DNA of 64,000 bases from Eledone cirrhosa (lineage: Eukaryota). The first letter of the stretch is position 1; the number at the start of each line of letters is the position of its first letter. The notes beneath the pieces are model-generated. The model saw nothing but the letters and a program-made list of their open reading frames with translations. It did no database searches and was not told where the DNA came from. The DNA is taken from contig OZ024747.1 of the NCBI GenBank assembly GCA_964016885.1, positions 87,668,001 to 87,732,000 on the forward strand, read 5' to 3'. A program made the position numbers and the translations under genes. Positions 12,701-25,375 of the stretch are shown here, piece after piece.

Positions 12701-13366
12701 GTAGATTAGAGAGAAACGAAGCCTGCATGCTCCGATGGATGTGTAACAGTAATATACGTGAACGACAAAGCATAAAGGAATTGAGAGAGAGACTGAGCAT
12801 AAGAGGAATCAAATGCTGCGTGCAGGAGAGGCGGTTACGCTGGTATGGACATGTGATGCGTATGAAGGATGACAGCTGCATAAAAAGGTGCAGAGCACTA
12901 GAAGTTGATGGAAACCGCGGAGTGGGGAGACCCAAGATGACTTGGGATGAGGTGATAAAAGCCGACCTTACCCAACTACAGCTCTCAAAGTCAATGACAC
13001 ACGACCGTGACTTCTGGCGTCACGCAGTAATACAGGGTACCCGACCTCCCATGGGTTCATGCTGAAGCATATAAACAATATGCCCCCCCCCCCCCCCACC
13101 GCAAGGTGGTCGTGGAGGTGCCACGGCAAAAAAGCACCCAGCCCACACTGTAAAGTGGACGTGTAGGCGCCACGAAAAAGCACCCAGCACTCACTGTAAA
13201 TGAGGTTGGTGTTAGGAAGGGCATCCAGCTGTAGAAATCAAGCCAGATCAGTTCCTGTATGAGCAAGGCATGGTCAGCCGACCAGACACTGCCCAAAACA
13301 GGACAACCCGTCTAACCCATGCTAGCGTGGAAGAACGGACGTAAAACGGTGATGATGATGATGATG
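9760..13366 (+). mobile_element. Probably full-length RTE-clade non-LTR retrotransposon (LINE)
   Basis: Single long APE-RT ORF, short 5' leader, 3'UTR with repeats and (GAT)n tail; candidate TSD aatggaaccaat (9748-9759) / aatggacccaat (13367-13378). Confidence 0.92.
9946..13065 (+). CDS. RTE retrotransposon protein: AP-endonuclease and reverse transcriptase with inserted PHD-type finger, 1039 aa
   Basis: APE motifs GTINV, VQETRW, SAYAPQ, GDFNGHVG, LDFIL, SQHSLV; RT motifs NYRGIKL, QFGF, FVDLEKAFD, GVHQGSVLSPLLF, LYADDL, FCYLG; RTE-type C-terminus RRLRWYGHV..GRPKMTW; no stops. Confidence 0.96.
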   Translation: MNLRATKHPREAPTQRPSPTSVDKCPKLRVGTINVGSMKGRAGEIIEMLERKEVDVCCVQETRWRGGSARVLVGKSQCYKFFWVGNDDGMGGVGILLADKWVDKVISVYRVNARIIKLRLVLNKTITTIISAYAPQSGLPDELKDRFYESLIHTTALTDDKDFLIIAGDFNGHVGKHCDGFNRVHGGHGVGTRNEEGFRLLEFCDANDMSICNTNFKKPDNHLITYRSGEHSSQLDFILIRGRDRWTVVNTKAFPSEECTSQHSLVVSDLTVRTRRALKQRPTWRRKIWKLKVPSTSNRFKDILLNAYDSKEEQIETFNVEENWEFLKNNLLEATDEVCGWSKTSSRRRVTWWWNNKVDEAVKAKRQAWKEWKNGGRRVHYIETKREARRQVYLARREAEDRKFKHVLQREDQKQEVFKIARQCVRDSCDVIGEKCIRNDKGELALTSAEKKDAWKSHYDRLLNEENAWEEETLPHVDPIEGPAVQVSGSVVSKAIRDMKIGKATGPSGIAAEMLKASGSVGHTITTRIVNQVILEGAIPKDWCSSIIVNCYKGKGDALDRGNYRGIKLMDQVMKVTERVIAQLIRDRVNIDEMQFGFVPGKGTTDALFLVRQLQEKYLAKSKPLYLAFVDLEKAFDRVPRAVIWWALRKLGVDEWLVKAVQAMYRGAVSKVRIGNEYSEEFSVQVGVHQGSVLSPLLFIIVLQAITEEFKTGCPWELLYADDLALIAESMVELENKFQTWKQGLERKGLKVNMTKTKVLISRRENRTQIPSGKWPCSVCRKGVGRNSILCPKCKQWVHKRCSGISGSLIKNVGFTCSSCAETASKQPQETSTTNLWEGPVETVDSFCYLGDRISNGGGCSESTITRVRTGWKKFRELLPLLAAKGFSLRMKGRLYDACIRTAMLHGSETWALKVEDLRRLERNEACMLRWMCNSNIRERQSIKELRERLSIRGIKCCVQERRLRWYGHVMRMKDDSCIKRCRALEVDGNRGVGRPKMTWDEVIKADLTQLQLSKSMTHDRDFWRHAVIQGTRPPMGSC

Positions 13367-14126
13367 AATGGACCCAATAAAAATATGCTGTATATCATAA
13401 AAATTCTGAATAATAGGGAAAAAGATAAACATCCACTAACTAAATAGCATTACATAATTGTTGTTGTTGATCATGTTGATGCTGATAGTGGTGATTGTAA
13501 TGGTGGTGGTGGTGGTTTTAGTGTAATTACTGTTTGTAGTTATTGTCATATTTGCTTGATCCTCATTTATTTCTGTAGTTGTATTGATGTGGTTGGGTTT
13601 TTCTACATTTGTTTGCATTGCAGTTTCTGCTATAGTTTCAGCTGTTATTGCTGTTGTTATAGTTGTTGTTGTCAGCAATGCACAGTTGAAATTGTTGTTG
13701 TAATTGTTTATGAAAAATATTTTTCTTTTGATCTGATTTGGATCAGTTATGGTTTATTCCAGAATATGAATTCTAAAACCTCGAAGAATTCTCTTCATCC
13801 CCATCACATACCCCAGTAAAAAAACCCGAAGATTATATAGAAAAAATTTTTTTTTAAGCCTATCATAATATACAGACACACACATACACATTAAACTCAG
13901 TTTGCATATGTGTGCACCAAAATAAAAGTAGGAATAAAGATAAAGATCTTGGAAAAAGATTTATTTGTTTGTAAGCAATGGCACCATCTTGGATTAATGA
14001 GTGTTAACTCATTGGATAAAGATAGCTTGAAAATTCCTGAATATGATTAGCATAAATAAACAACAGCAACAAATAATGTTAATCATCCTTAAATTTCATG
14101 TTCAGAAAAACTCTGTAGGTATTGAG

Positions 14127-14575
14127 TTAACCCCTTTGTTAGCATATTTCTAATGAAAGTCACTGCCAATGTAAATAATGAAAGATTTGGAAGGATGTAG
14201 AAGTATAACTAACTTTAAGTTTGCAATAATACATGCTGACTGCACTACATGTCTGCTGCAATTTCACAACTTCATTTATTGTTGCTGTTGCTTTAACCTT
14301 TTCATTACCATATTTATAATGAAAGAGATTGTCTATTTGTATCAAATAATTTTGAAAATAATCAGGAATTTGGAGGGATTTAGTAATATAACTTTCTCAT
14401 ACACTATTTTTTTTAAAAATCATTTTTAAGCTGGTGTTTGGAACATATCTTAACAAAAGTTCTCTCATAAAATTAAGATGGAACATTTTTAGATAAACAT
14501 AAACACTTTAAAATAAACAGTCTTGTGTTATGGGATAAAGGGCGGTTTCATGTGATTTGGTATAACAAAGATTAA
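14127..14575. mobile_element. TTAA-flanked piggyBac-type MITE, family B (composite/nested)
   Basis: ttaacccctttgtt...ataacaaagattaa ends; second internal start at about 14293; related copies at 29645, 46246 and 60245. Confidence 0.6.
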
Positions 14576-15054
14576 TGGTTCTTTATTACAGCTCTACTTC
14601 CAGTCATTCTTATCCCATCTTGCCAATCTACAACACTATGAATTAACTACATAAGACAGTCATATGGTGTAGCTTTCCTAAGAGATTGGATGCTGTTCGT
14701 CACCAATATCACTATTGGTAAGAATGAAGTAAGAAAGAGAACCCGGAATCTACAGCAAATCTATACTTGATAAATGATGCTTTCACAACATCAGTTACAA
14801 ATCTTTTTCTCAAAGAAATTTAAGTATCAAAGGTGGCAAATTGACAATCATTAAAATGTCATATTGAATCCCGTGTGGTGTTTGTTCCAGTTCTCTGTGC
14901 TGAGGTGAAAATCTCTTGAGGTTAACTTTACCTTTTATACTTTGAAGTCAATAAATAAAGTACCAATCAAATACTAGAGTTGGCTCTTTTTTCTCTCTCT
15001 CTCTCCTCTCACCTGTATTCTTTTAGAATTGACTATGGCTGACAAGATGGAGTA

Positions 15055-15372
15055 TTCATCATCATCACTGTTTAACATCCATTTTTCCACGCTGGCATAG
15101 GTTTAGTGAGTTATCCTGTTGTGAGCAATGCTAGGTCAGGTGACTCTGTCATGCTCATATAGAACCGATTTTGAATTGGTTTCTATAGCTGGATGCCCTT
15201 CCTAACACCAACCTCATTTACAATTAATACTGGGTGCTTTTTGTCAGGACACCTTCACGACCACTTTACAGTGTTGACTGGGTTCTTTTTTTCTGTGACA
15301 CCTACACGACCACTTTACAGTGTGGTGTAGGCACTTTTTGTCATGTCACCATCACGACCACTTTACAGTGTA
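15055..15372 (-). mobile_element. RTE 3'UTR module (minus strand), about 3 hairpin repeats
   Basis: Reverse complement of the 13100-13366 motifs with catcatc tail. Confidence 0.8.
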
Positions 15373-15899
15373 AAAGAAAAAAAAGAATCTTGGATGCAAC
15401 AGGAAACCATCTTTGTATTCTCACATGAAAATAACTAAACAAGCACTATGTGTTTGTTAAAGAATTAGAATCAAGGGCTGATATGCTCAACTAAATCACT
15501 TCAAGGTGGTACTGAAGCAAGGTCACAGTTTAATGACTAAAACAAATAAAAATTAATAAAAGGAAACCACTTCTCACTTTGGGAAGTTTTACACAACTAA
15601 AACATTTTTTTTTTTCTTTCTTGGTTTCATAGATCCGGTTTGTTAATCACAACTTGCAATCTGATACAGACTATAACATTAAAGACATTTGTGAAATATC
15701 CATACATTGTTGCAACTTTTTTCTTTTATCATTTTACTGGTTTTAGTCATTAGACTGTGGTTGCCCATTCTGGGGCACATCATATTGACTCCGGTATATT
15801 TTTTTTTTACCAAATCTGATATTTATTTTATTGATATCTTTTTGTCAAACTGTCAAATTATGAGATATAATCAAACAGTAAATGTAAACACAGACACTC

Positions 15900-16060
15900 A
15901 TATATATGAGCTTCTACACAGTTTCTGTCTACCAAATTTCATTCAGAAGGTATTGGTCAGCCTGAAGCTATAGGAGCACTTGCTCATGGTGCCAAACAGA
16001 GGGACTGAACCCAAGACCCTGTGGTTGCAAAGCAAACTCCTTAACTACATGGCCATGCCC
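15900..16060 (-). mobile_element. Old tRNA-derived SINE with CORE-like segment
   Basis: cacttgctcatggtgcc...gggactgaacccaagaccctgtggttgcaaagc..ttaactac is a reverse-complemented tRNA head. Confidence 0.55.
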
Positions 16061-16142
16061 GATCCTTGGTAAATAAATAAACTACTTTGTGTATTTTTAA
16101 CATTTTGGTCATTTAAAATTTAAATGAGACCCAAGTAAGCCT

Positions 16143-16198
<56 letters not shown>

Positions 16199-18782
16199 CC
16201 ATACACACACTTGGCATTTACCATGGCAGTCTCGGCTCATTCTGCAAAAGATTATTATGAAGAATGTCAGAGTAACTAGACATGTAAACCAAAAACAGAC
16301 ATTCCTTAAATTTGCTGGGAGATGTTTTGGGAATGTTCACAAAAAACAAAACAAGACAACAAAAACCAAAAAAAGTAAGAAAACAAAAAAACAAACCTAA
16401 AGGAAGCAAGAAGACCATGGAAGGAGTTTATTTATTTTCTTTTGAAAGAGAGCAGCAATAGGATTAACAACTGGTATAAATAAATAAATAATATACAAAA
16501 ATGGTTAAGAGGCAGGGGCAGCAGCAGAACAAGGGCAGTGTGTGTGGGGAAAAGTTCAGTGAAATCAAATTATACCATTCTTTTTTAAAATGCTATAGAA
16601 ACAGAGAGAGTGTGAGGGGTGGTAGCATATTTCTATTTAAAGCTGTTCACCAGCAATAGGAGGTAGTATGTATGAATGTACTAGGATTGGTGTATCCCTC
16701 ACCTTATCCTCACATGCAACTTCCACTTCCCTTCCAGATACCAACCTAAATGGCTTCTTCCCTCTAGTGAAACTTAAATAAGTTTTCTCTAATAATCCCA
16801 TCCCTTTTGTATACCATGATCCTGGTTTCCCTCTCAAGTAGACAAGTAAATACATGAGAAGCTTACTTTCTACCTGTAAAATTAATGTTAATATCTACAG
16901 GATGTATTCTGAAGAGCAGCAAGTTTAGAACATTAAATAAGTAAAATCTTGGGCTAACCCTCCTGCTACCAACCCATTTGAAACTGCCCTGGTTTTTGCA
17001 ATATTTTTATATCAATCTTATGTAAGAACCTTTAAGTTATGTTCCAAACACCAACTGATAATCAGAAAGTTTATATTTTCTAAATCCCTCAAAATTCTTG
17101 ATTTCATAATCATAGGTAAGAAACTCAAATGAAGGCAGCAATGTCAAACTCCCTGATTAATCAATAACCAATCAAGACAGGATGTCTATAGAAAGTGTGA
17201 CAATATTGGAGAAGTTTTGTTTTATATGCTATTCTAAAGTAGAAGGTGCCAAGTGAAGGTGTAAATTTATTGAGAAAATATTTGAAATTAAAATTAACCT
17301 ATGCGTGAGTGTGTGTCCGTGAAACATATACACCTGGAGTGCTTGAGGACTCTGCCCCCACAACCTTCTCAAAGAAGAAATTAAGGCAGTGCACCAGCAT
17401 AGCCACAGCCTGTAAGCAGGTGTAGGAAAAAGAATGAAAATGTATTTAATTAGAAATACAGATAACAATGAAAGGGTTAAACTAAACATGGATTGTTCAA
17501 CTTAACAATTTCAATAAACTAACAATATAAGTTACAAGAAATAAAAACTTTTTTATTTCTCCCTCACTCTCCCCAAATTGTGTAAAAATCTATTATGAGA
17601 TATGTATCACTCCCAAATAGTTTAAGGTATCATTCATCTCCTACCTCATTATTTTTGTTGTTATTACCATTTTTGCTATTGTTTTAAACTATTTATGTAG
17701 TGAGTCAGAAACAAAACCAAAGCATGAAAATCTTTTGTGGATGGATGGATGGCTTCAACTTACAAGAACCTTCTTTCTTTCTCTTTGAATTGATTTGGTT
17801 TCAAGAAACAATAATTACATGGAAGAATTTTCACAAGACATATAGATGAAAGTCTATTTCAGAGATAAATGGAATTGATTTGGTTAGAAACTACTGCCTT
17901 TGTTATTTCGTTATCATTTCTTTCTATATGTTTATTTTCTGTTTTGTTTTTTAAGCATCAAAACATCTTCAAAAAATTTACCTCATATCCATATTATTCT
18001 TCTTCACATATTTTATTCCAAAATTAGTCATCAGAGCAAAAAGTATACCTTTCACCCACAAAAAAAGGAAACAATATCAACAACCAGCTAGCTCCAAGTT
18101 TGTTCCAAATTAATCAGACAACTAGTACAATAACAATAACAGCAACAACTACAACTAGAAATCAATATTTATGTTCCTTAAATATTATAAGATAAAAAAA
18201 AAACAAGTAAAAAATCCAAAGTTCTTGGAATTCTTTAACTTAACAAATGGTCTTCATTAAGAAAGTTCCAGTTATTTTGCTCAATGCTCCCCAGCAAAAA
18301 GAAAAGAAATGAGAGAGAGACATAACCAGCATGACAGAAAAGTTTATGGATTAGTAACAGTTACAGTGGTGTCTAGGATAAGATAAGAAGTAAAGAAATG
18401 GTAGTTTATACTTGATATATCATCACAGACTATAAGCATATGGGCCACAAGCATTAGAACTTTTCAGTCACCATGTCTTTCTTGACATCAAATTATTCTG
18501 CAAGTGTGTGTGTGTAGGGGGCAGGGGGACTATTGTTTATTTTCAACCATTTCTGAGTCTGAGCATCATTAAGTTCTAATAATTTAGGTCAATAATAAAA
18601 GGCTGTTTGAGAATCAAGGGTACGTATGTCAGGAACTATAATCGGCAACACATTCTCAGTATTTTACATACACCTGAAACATGTAGATAGCATTTTCAAA
18701 ATTTTGAGACCACTAATAGAATGTGACAATAATAATAATAATAATGGTTTCTGATTGAGGCACAATGCCAGCAATTATTATT

Positions 18783-18935
18783 AGGTACAGCACGGGAATT
18801 CTTAAATGGAATATAAATGAGCAAAAAGAACTGGATAGAAAGACAAGGAAATTAATGACGACCTCCAGTATGTTTCATAAGAAAGGTGATGTTGATAGAC
18901 TGTACTTAAGTAGATCTGAAGGTTGAAGAGGATTT
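18783..18935 (+). mobile_element. R4/Dong-clade non-LTR retrotransposon RT fragment
   Basis: Translates to YSTGILKWNINEQKELDRKTRKLMT..MFHKKGDVDRLYLSRSEG*RG, matching the RLY..R..GGRG motif of RLE-type elements. Confidence 0.7.
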
Positions 18936-19527
18936 CTATTTATTTGGAACGTAAATAAATATCACTGCCTGCAATGCTGAATGTGAAGAGAAGACATACT
19001 ACATACAAATGAAAAAGATGAGATGGTTATGGATGGAGTACACTTGATCATAGTTCTGCTCAATCAGGATTGACCTGAAGCTAAACCACAACGACATCAA
19101 CATCACCAAATGAATAAAATAACTTCATCTATTAAATTGTCTTAAGCTTTGCATTCTTATGCAGGCAACACTTATGCTTGTGCAGCTGTAATGTGTCTCA
19201 GTTCTATTTTCTCTTCTCATGTGCAAAGAACCATAGCTTGCTTAAAACCAAGTAAGAGCTGGCATCAGGAAGGACAAATAGTCATAAAATTATGCATAAA
19301 AAAAATCTTGTCCAACCCATGCAATCATAGAAAAATGAATGTAAAAATAAGGATAAAAATGATTCTACAAAACCCAATGTTTCCTTCATTTTTTAAATGA
19401 TGGTAGCATATTGTTTGGCTATTATTTCTAGTAGGTCAAGAGACGACATAAAAATTCTCATGCTAACTCAATCATGGAATAACATAGTTACCTTTGATTT
19501 ATTTGACAAAGAATTGTTGTCATTAAA

Positions 19528-19720
19528 TAACTGTTTCTACTATTGGCACAAGGCCAGCAATTATCCCAGTGCATTACTGGTACTTTATTTTATCGACCCC
19601 GTAAGGATGAAAGGCAAAGTTAACCTCAGCGGGATTTGAACTCAGACCATAAAGAGATGTAACTCTATGCTGTAAAGCATGGCGTCTGACCCTCTACTGA
19701 TACTGCCAATCCACCGCCCT
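19528..19720 (-). mobile_element. tRNA-derived SINE (main family)
   Basis: Full reverse-complement match to 5760-5947. Confidence 0.9.
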
Positions 19721-21077
19721 TTAATGTTGTCAATAAATAATGCTGGTAAGAGTAAACCCAAATTTTTAGCCAGGAATTACTGGTTTTCAAAGATCCTGTT
19801 TTCTGTTTAAGAGATGAAAGGTTTGTTGCATGTATGTATCATTCTGAACACAAGAAAATTAAGACATGGGCCTGATGTTTGAGGAAGAAACACTGAAGTG
19901 GAATGGCTGATACAACAGGTATTGCTGGCTTTTCCCTATAGCAACATTTTCCCCAACTTTTTTGAAGGGTCCAGCTAAGATGTCATCCAGGTAAGTGTGG
20001 AGAGTTTACCCCTTTCCCATTTCTCCGACCCCATTTTTTTTTTTTACATTTTTTTCTTTTGGTCATTATGATATAGTAAATATATTCTAAGAGAAGACAG
20101 AGGGAAATAAAGGAAAGAATGTGAAGAAGAAAAAGTAGAATAATAGACAGAAAGATGATTTATAAGGATTCAGATTCAATGAGACAGATAGAAAGACAGA
20201 CGAACAGATAGATAATCAGAGAAATATCAAGAGGATGAGAAACTGACAATGGAAGAAAAGTATGAAAGAGAGAGAGAGAACTGTTGTTGAGAAAAAGATT
20301 TAGTGAACAATAAGTATTAATGAATTCACACATTTTCAGAACATATGAATATTTTTATTGACATGTAGACATCACAAGCACATATCAGTATTTATTTATA
20401 CATACATACATTTACATTCAGACCACATATACTAACACATGCACATATATATACATTTAGACACACACACATATATATATATATATATAATCAGATGTAT
20501 ATACATACACGTAGCACTACACATAATAGAATTCCATTCCACTATAGACAAGAACGAAACAATAGTTCAATAATCAAGTGAGTTGATAAAAAAAAATATT
20601 AAAAATAATAAATTCATTAAAAATTATATTTTTTGAAATTTCATAAATAATTTCACAGTATGTTGCTGTTGTTGTTCTTGTTGGTAATGTGATGTAAGTA
20701 CCTTAATGGCAATGAAGAAGATGATATTTGGTAAAAGTACAAAAAACTCAGATTTATTTCGTCTGATAATTTTATTCTTTATTTTTCTAGAAAGAACTCA
20801 TGCAGGCAGAGCTATTGGGTAAACAGTTCACTCCACGATTACATTGATTTATGTTCTATCTGACAGTGTGGTATCTTGGGAAATTTGTTAGGCATGGTTT
20901 CTATGGCTGGATACCCTTCCTATCACCACCCAACTTACAGAATGTATTGGGTGACTGACCCAGGTTTTATGATACAAAACTATCCATTTCCACTATTATA
21001 TTCAAATTTAAACTTGCCCTCAAAATTATACATGAGAAACGTCTGTTAAGTTATATTCTATACACACACACGCACAT

Positions 21078-21146
<69 letters not shown>

Positions 21147-21147
<1 letters not shown>

Positions 21148-21360
21148 GGAAGCACGTGGCCTAGTGTTGGACTTATGTCCATAACGTTGTGGGTTCAATT
21201 TCTGGACTGGGTTGTGTGTTGCTCCAATATACTCAACTGATAATGAGTTTAACCCTGCGATGGTCTGGCATCCTGTACAGGGGGAGTATTGTACTCTCAG
21301 TCGCTTGACACCATCGAAACTGGGATAAGCCTCTGGGCTTGGGACAGACTTTAAACTTCA
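21147..21360 (+). mobile_element. tRNA-derived SINE, second family, embedded in (TA)n
   Basis: gtggcctagtg A-box, gggttcaattt B-box, aaccctgcgatgg.ctggcatcc..cagggg body; related head at about 2910-3010. Confidence 0.6.
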
Positions 21361-21362
21361 AC

Positions 21363-21397
<35 letters not shown>

Positions 21398-21572
21398 ACA
21401 CACACTTACTATGGTTGACTAATATCTTCTTGTCTAATTGCATCTAATTTAGGCACAAAGTCAGCAATTTTAGGAGAAGGGAAAGTCAATTAAATTAACT
21501 CATAATACTTGATTGGTGCTATATTTTATTGACTCCGGAAGAATGAAAGGCAAAGTTCCCATCTATACAATC

Positions 21573-21757
21573 ATTGTTTCTACTTTTGGCACAAGGCCAG
21601 CAATTACCCAGTGCATTACTGGTACTTTATTTTATCGACCCCGTAAGGATGAAAGGCAAAGTTAACCTCGGCGGGATTTGAACTCAGATCATACAGGGAG
21701 GTAACTCTATGCTTCAAAGCATGGCGTCCGACCCTCTACCGATACTGCCATTCCACC
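21573..21757 (-). mobile_element. tRNA-derived SINE (main family)
   Basis: Reverse-complement match to 5760-5947. Confidence 0.9.
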
Positions 21758-22772
21758 AATAATGACATATTTTCTATATCATCTTGTTATGCTTTTCTTT
21801 AACTAAAATTTCTGTTCATACCATATTTGGTATGTGCTTGAATCTGGCATTACCTGAAATTAGGCATGTGTGTCAAATTCTCCTATTTCTTCAACTCATA
21901 ATCCTTGCTACGTAATAACAAAACTGAAATTATTAACTTAAAACTATTGAAACTATGTGAAGAAGACATGAGATAGAATACTAGTCACTGTCTATTGAGA
22001 TTACTATCTAAAGCCCAATACTACCCACTAATCCTAACTGATATGGTTTACCACCTGCAGTGAGAAACATGATGGAGATCTCCCATGAAAGTAGGTCTAT
22101 CAAAATAACTTGGTATTTCATTCATTTCTAGTTCAAAACAAAAATAGATAAATTGCATTCACAGTTTCCATAAAATTATACAGGGTGTCCCAGAAAATGT
22201 ATACACACTTCAACAGCCTTCTAATAAATATGTGTATACAAAGTTATGAAAAAAATAAAAACTTTCTTTTTTTATATCTGAAGAATAAATGAAGTAAATC
22301 AAATTTTATTAACCTTTTCCAAGGCTTTCTTAACAGCATTATAGGTTCCTGGGGACAAAGCAATGCACTGGGGTCCCTACCTGTTCAGGCAATTTAAGCA
22401 AATATTTTTCTACCATAGCTTCGGACTGATCAATATTACAAGATTGAAATTTGAAAGATGGAAACTGCAGAAATCCATTATCATCATCATCATTACATGT
22501 CCACTTTTTATGTTTGTATGGACACATATATGCAACATGCATGTGTTTGTCTTTTAGCTAGAACTTTGTGTTTGAAGTCCCTTGAAATATTTGTCAGATG
22601 CTCCCTTGACATTCTTACTATCAGAATTGCAGTGATCCATTAATTGGCCTATTGGAAACCTGTTACCAACAACTCTATTGTTCACCTATTGTGATATAAA
22701 ATAAATAAAATATAAATATGGAGGTCAATTCCATACGCTAACATAGGCAGATTTGTTTTTCAATATCTATAC

Positions 22773-23063
22773 CAGTCTTGGGCAACTTGCAGCCCACGAA
22801 GCATTCTGAATGGCTTGCCTAAGTCACCTAAGTGAAATTTTTCTGATTTTTTTACCCCAACTTTTCAGTCGTAATTTATATTTCTATCCTTTTTATGATC
22901 GAGGAAAACAACGTGTTCGAATTCTGAAGAAACAAATCAAAACAACCTGAGTTACCGCCCTCTTTTTTAATGTGGGCATGAATGTAAATTAGCGCTTGCA
23001 GCCCGCCTGATGATGAGTCATATCTCATGTGACCTGCTTCTCAAAAAAGGTTGCCCATGCCTG
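22773..23063. mobile_element. hAT-superfamily MITE
   Basis: TIRs cagtcttgggcaac / gttgcccatgcctg and 8-bp TSD atctatac (22765-22772) / gtctatac (23064-23071). Confidence 0.8.
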
Positions 23064-23879
23064 GTCTATACCATCATGAAACTTAAATAACTTCTTGAAC
23101 AACTTACACCAGAAATCATAATTTAAAGTAAGTGGAATAACACCAAGAATTGGTATCACAACGTGTATCTGGCTGTAAAATACTGCCTCAAAAAAACTTG
23201 TCCAAATCATGTCAGTATGGAAAAATAGACCCAAATATGATGGTGATAATACAGTGTAGCAATGGAGGCAGGTGACATCTGGGTTTTTTGTTGTTGTTAT
23301 TCATTTTATTTATATATAGTTGGAGATAGTGTGATAACTACAACGTATATAAGCAAAGTAAATTTACTGAAGTGATAGATAAGTTCAATTTTAGGAGATT
23401 TACAGAGGGATTTTGGTAACTCAGCTTAGGAATTGACACTAAGTGTGTAAATTGATTTTTTAGTTGTTTTAAAGTGTTTGTGTGTGTGTGTATCTGTCTG
23501 TCAATGTATGCATGTGTGTGTATGTATGCATCTGTGTATGTTTATATGTATGCATGTACATATGTATGTTTTGTAATTTATCTAGATAGCTCAATATAAA
23601 AATACTTGCTTTATTGATCAAACAACAAAGTGTTTTACACTGAGCTGTACAAGTAAGTAGTAGACACCATCAACTATTAAATAAACATGTCCAAATCAAG
23701 GGATCATCATAAGCTAATGAGTCAGGACCTACATAATTTCTTGACCTAGAAATAACAGCCAACCAAATCATAACCTACTGTAATGAATCTACCATTCTGT
23801 CCACCAGAGTGAAACACCTGTTGTAAGTTTAGCAGGAAGAGGCAATAATTTGTGCCAAGTTGATTTTTATTATTTAAAC

Positions 23880-24010
23880 GTCCCTTTACGATCTGAGTTC
23901 AAATCCCGCCGAGGTTGACTTTGCCTTTCATCCTTACGGGGTCGATAAAATAAAAGTACCAGTAATGCACTGGGTAATTGCTGGCCTTGTGCCTAAAGTA
24001 GAAACAATTA
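23880..24010 (+). mobile_element. 5'-truncated SINE (main family)
   Basis: B-box, body and tail match. Confidence 0.85.
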
Positions 24011-24570
24011 TTTAACCTTTTTTTTAAAGATATTTCTAATGGAAGAAACTGCTTATAATATCCAAATAATTTTAAACATAATCAACAATTTGGAGGGATT
24101 TTGTAATATAACATTTTCATTATTAAGCTGGTATTTGGAAAGGTTCTTACATAAAATTGTCATGGATGATTTTTAGAAAATATAAAACTTCACCCAGTAA
24201 GGTGGTTGGTGATAGGAAGGGCATTCAGCTATAGAAACCATGCTAAAAAAGGGTTGAGCGGAGTCTCCATTGATGTCAAGGGCACAACAGCTTCTTTAGT
24301 TTTGGTGATCTATATGATAAACACACCCAGTATATACTGTAAAGTAGTTAGCAATATCGTGCCGCAATAATCACAGGTATAAATCTGATATGCATATATG
24401 TGTGTGTGTGTGCATATATAAACATATACATATGTGTATGTTTGTTTATATATTTATTTATGTAGATATATGCATACATATACATCTATGTATAAAAAGT
24501 GGTTTTAAAGGTGAATCAATATTATTTGGAGATGCTGGGAAAGAATGGCCAGAATAATGTTTGTAGAGAA

Positions 24571-24802
24571 TTGGTGTTGGGGGTCACAGCAGGGTATGTT
24601 TCATTAAGTAACATACTTGGTGTTGGGGGTCACAGCAGGGTATGTTTCATTAAGTAACAGACTTGGTGTTGGGGGTCACAGTAGGGTGTGTTTCATTAAG
24701 TAACAGACTTGGTGTTGGGGGTCACAGTAGGGTGTGTTTCATTAAGTAACAGACTTGGTGTTGGGGGGTCACAGTAGGGTGTATTTCATTTATCTAACAG
24801 AC
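24571..24802. repeat. 46-bp minisatellite, 5 copies
   Basis: Unit ttggtgttgggggtcacag(c/t)agggt(a/g)tgtttcattaagtaacagac. Confidence 0.95.
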
Positions 24803-25375
24803 TCTTATAACTTTGTTTTGAGTTGTCAGAAACAATTATAGCTTACTGTAATGTATGTATATCTGTGTGTGTGTGTGCATGTGAACATATATGTATGTGT
24901 ATGTGAGCATGTGAACATATATGTATGTGTATGTGAGCATGTGAACATACATGTATATGCATGTGTGTGCATGCATATAAGTGTATGTGTGTATGTGTAT
25001 GTAAGTATGTGATTAACTTTGCGTCTGCAGCCAGTTCTGGTTCTATCTACCAACTAGTAGCAGTTTCCCTATGTTTATGATGCTGCACTCTATTCCAATA
25101 TCGTCCTTTAACACTCACTCCCTACACCCCAAGCGCTGCAATGTAGTGATACAGAGTTAGACCAAAACTTCTGGTGTTGTTATGTCAATGGCCTGTATTG
25201 ATTGCCTTGTGCTATCTGAGGAAGGCATGGTATGGATTACATCATGGCATCATGATGTAGCCATCTGCAACAGCAATATACTTTTGTGTAATTAAAGTAA
25301 TTATAAAATTCAACCTTCATGTGCCTTATATATATATTCACTCTTTACTTTCTATTTATCTTCTATTTATAACTA

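Noticed and set aside
10386-12935. Antisense ORFs of 66-209 aa
   Set aside because: Shadows of the RTE ORF with no independent motifs
19900-19996. Strong splice-donor-like caggtaagt with upstream ATG
   Set aside because: No recognisable coding sequence or partner exon; cannot be supported without transcripts
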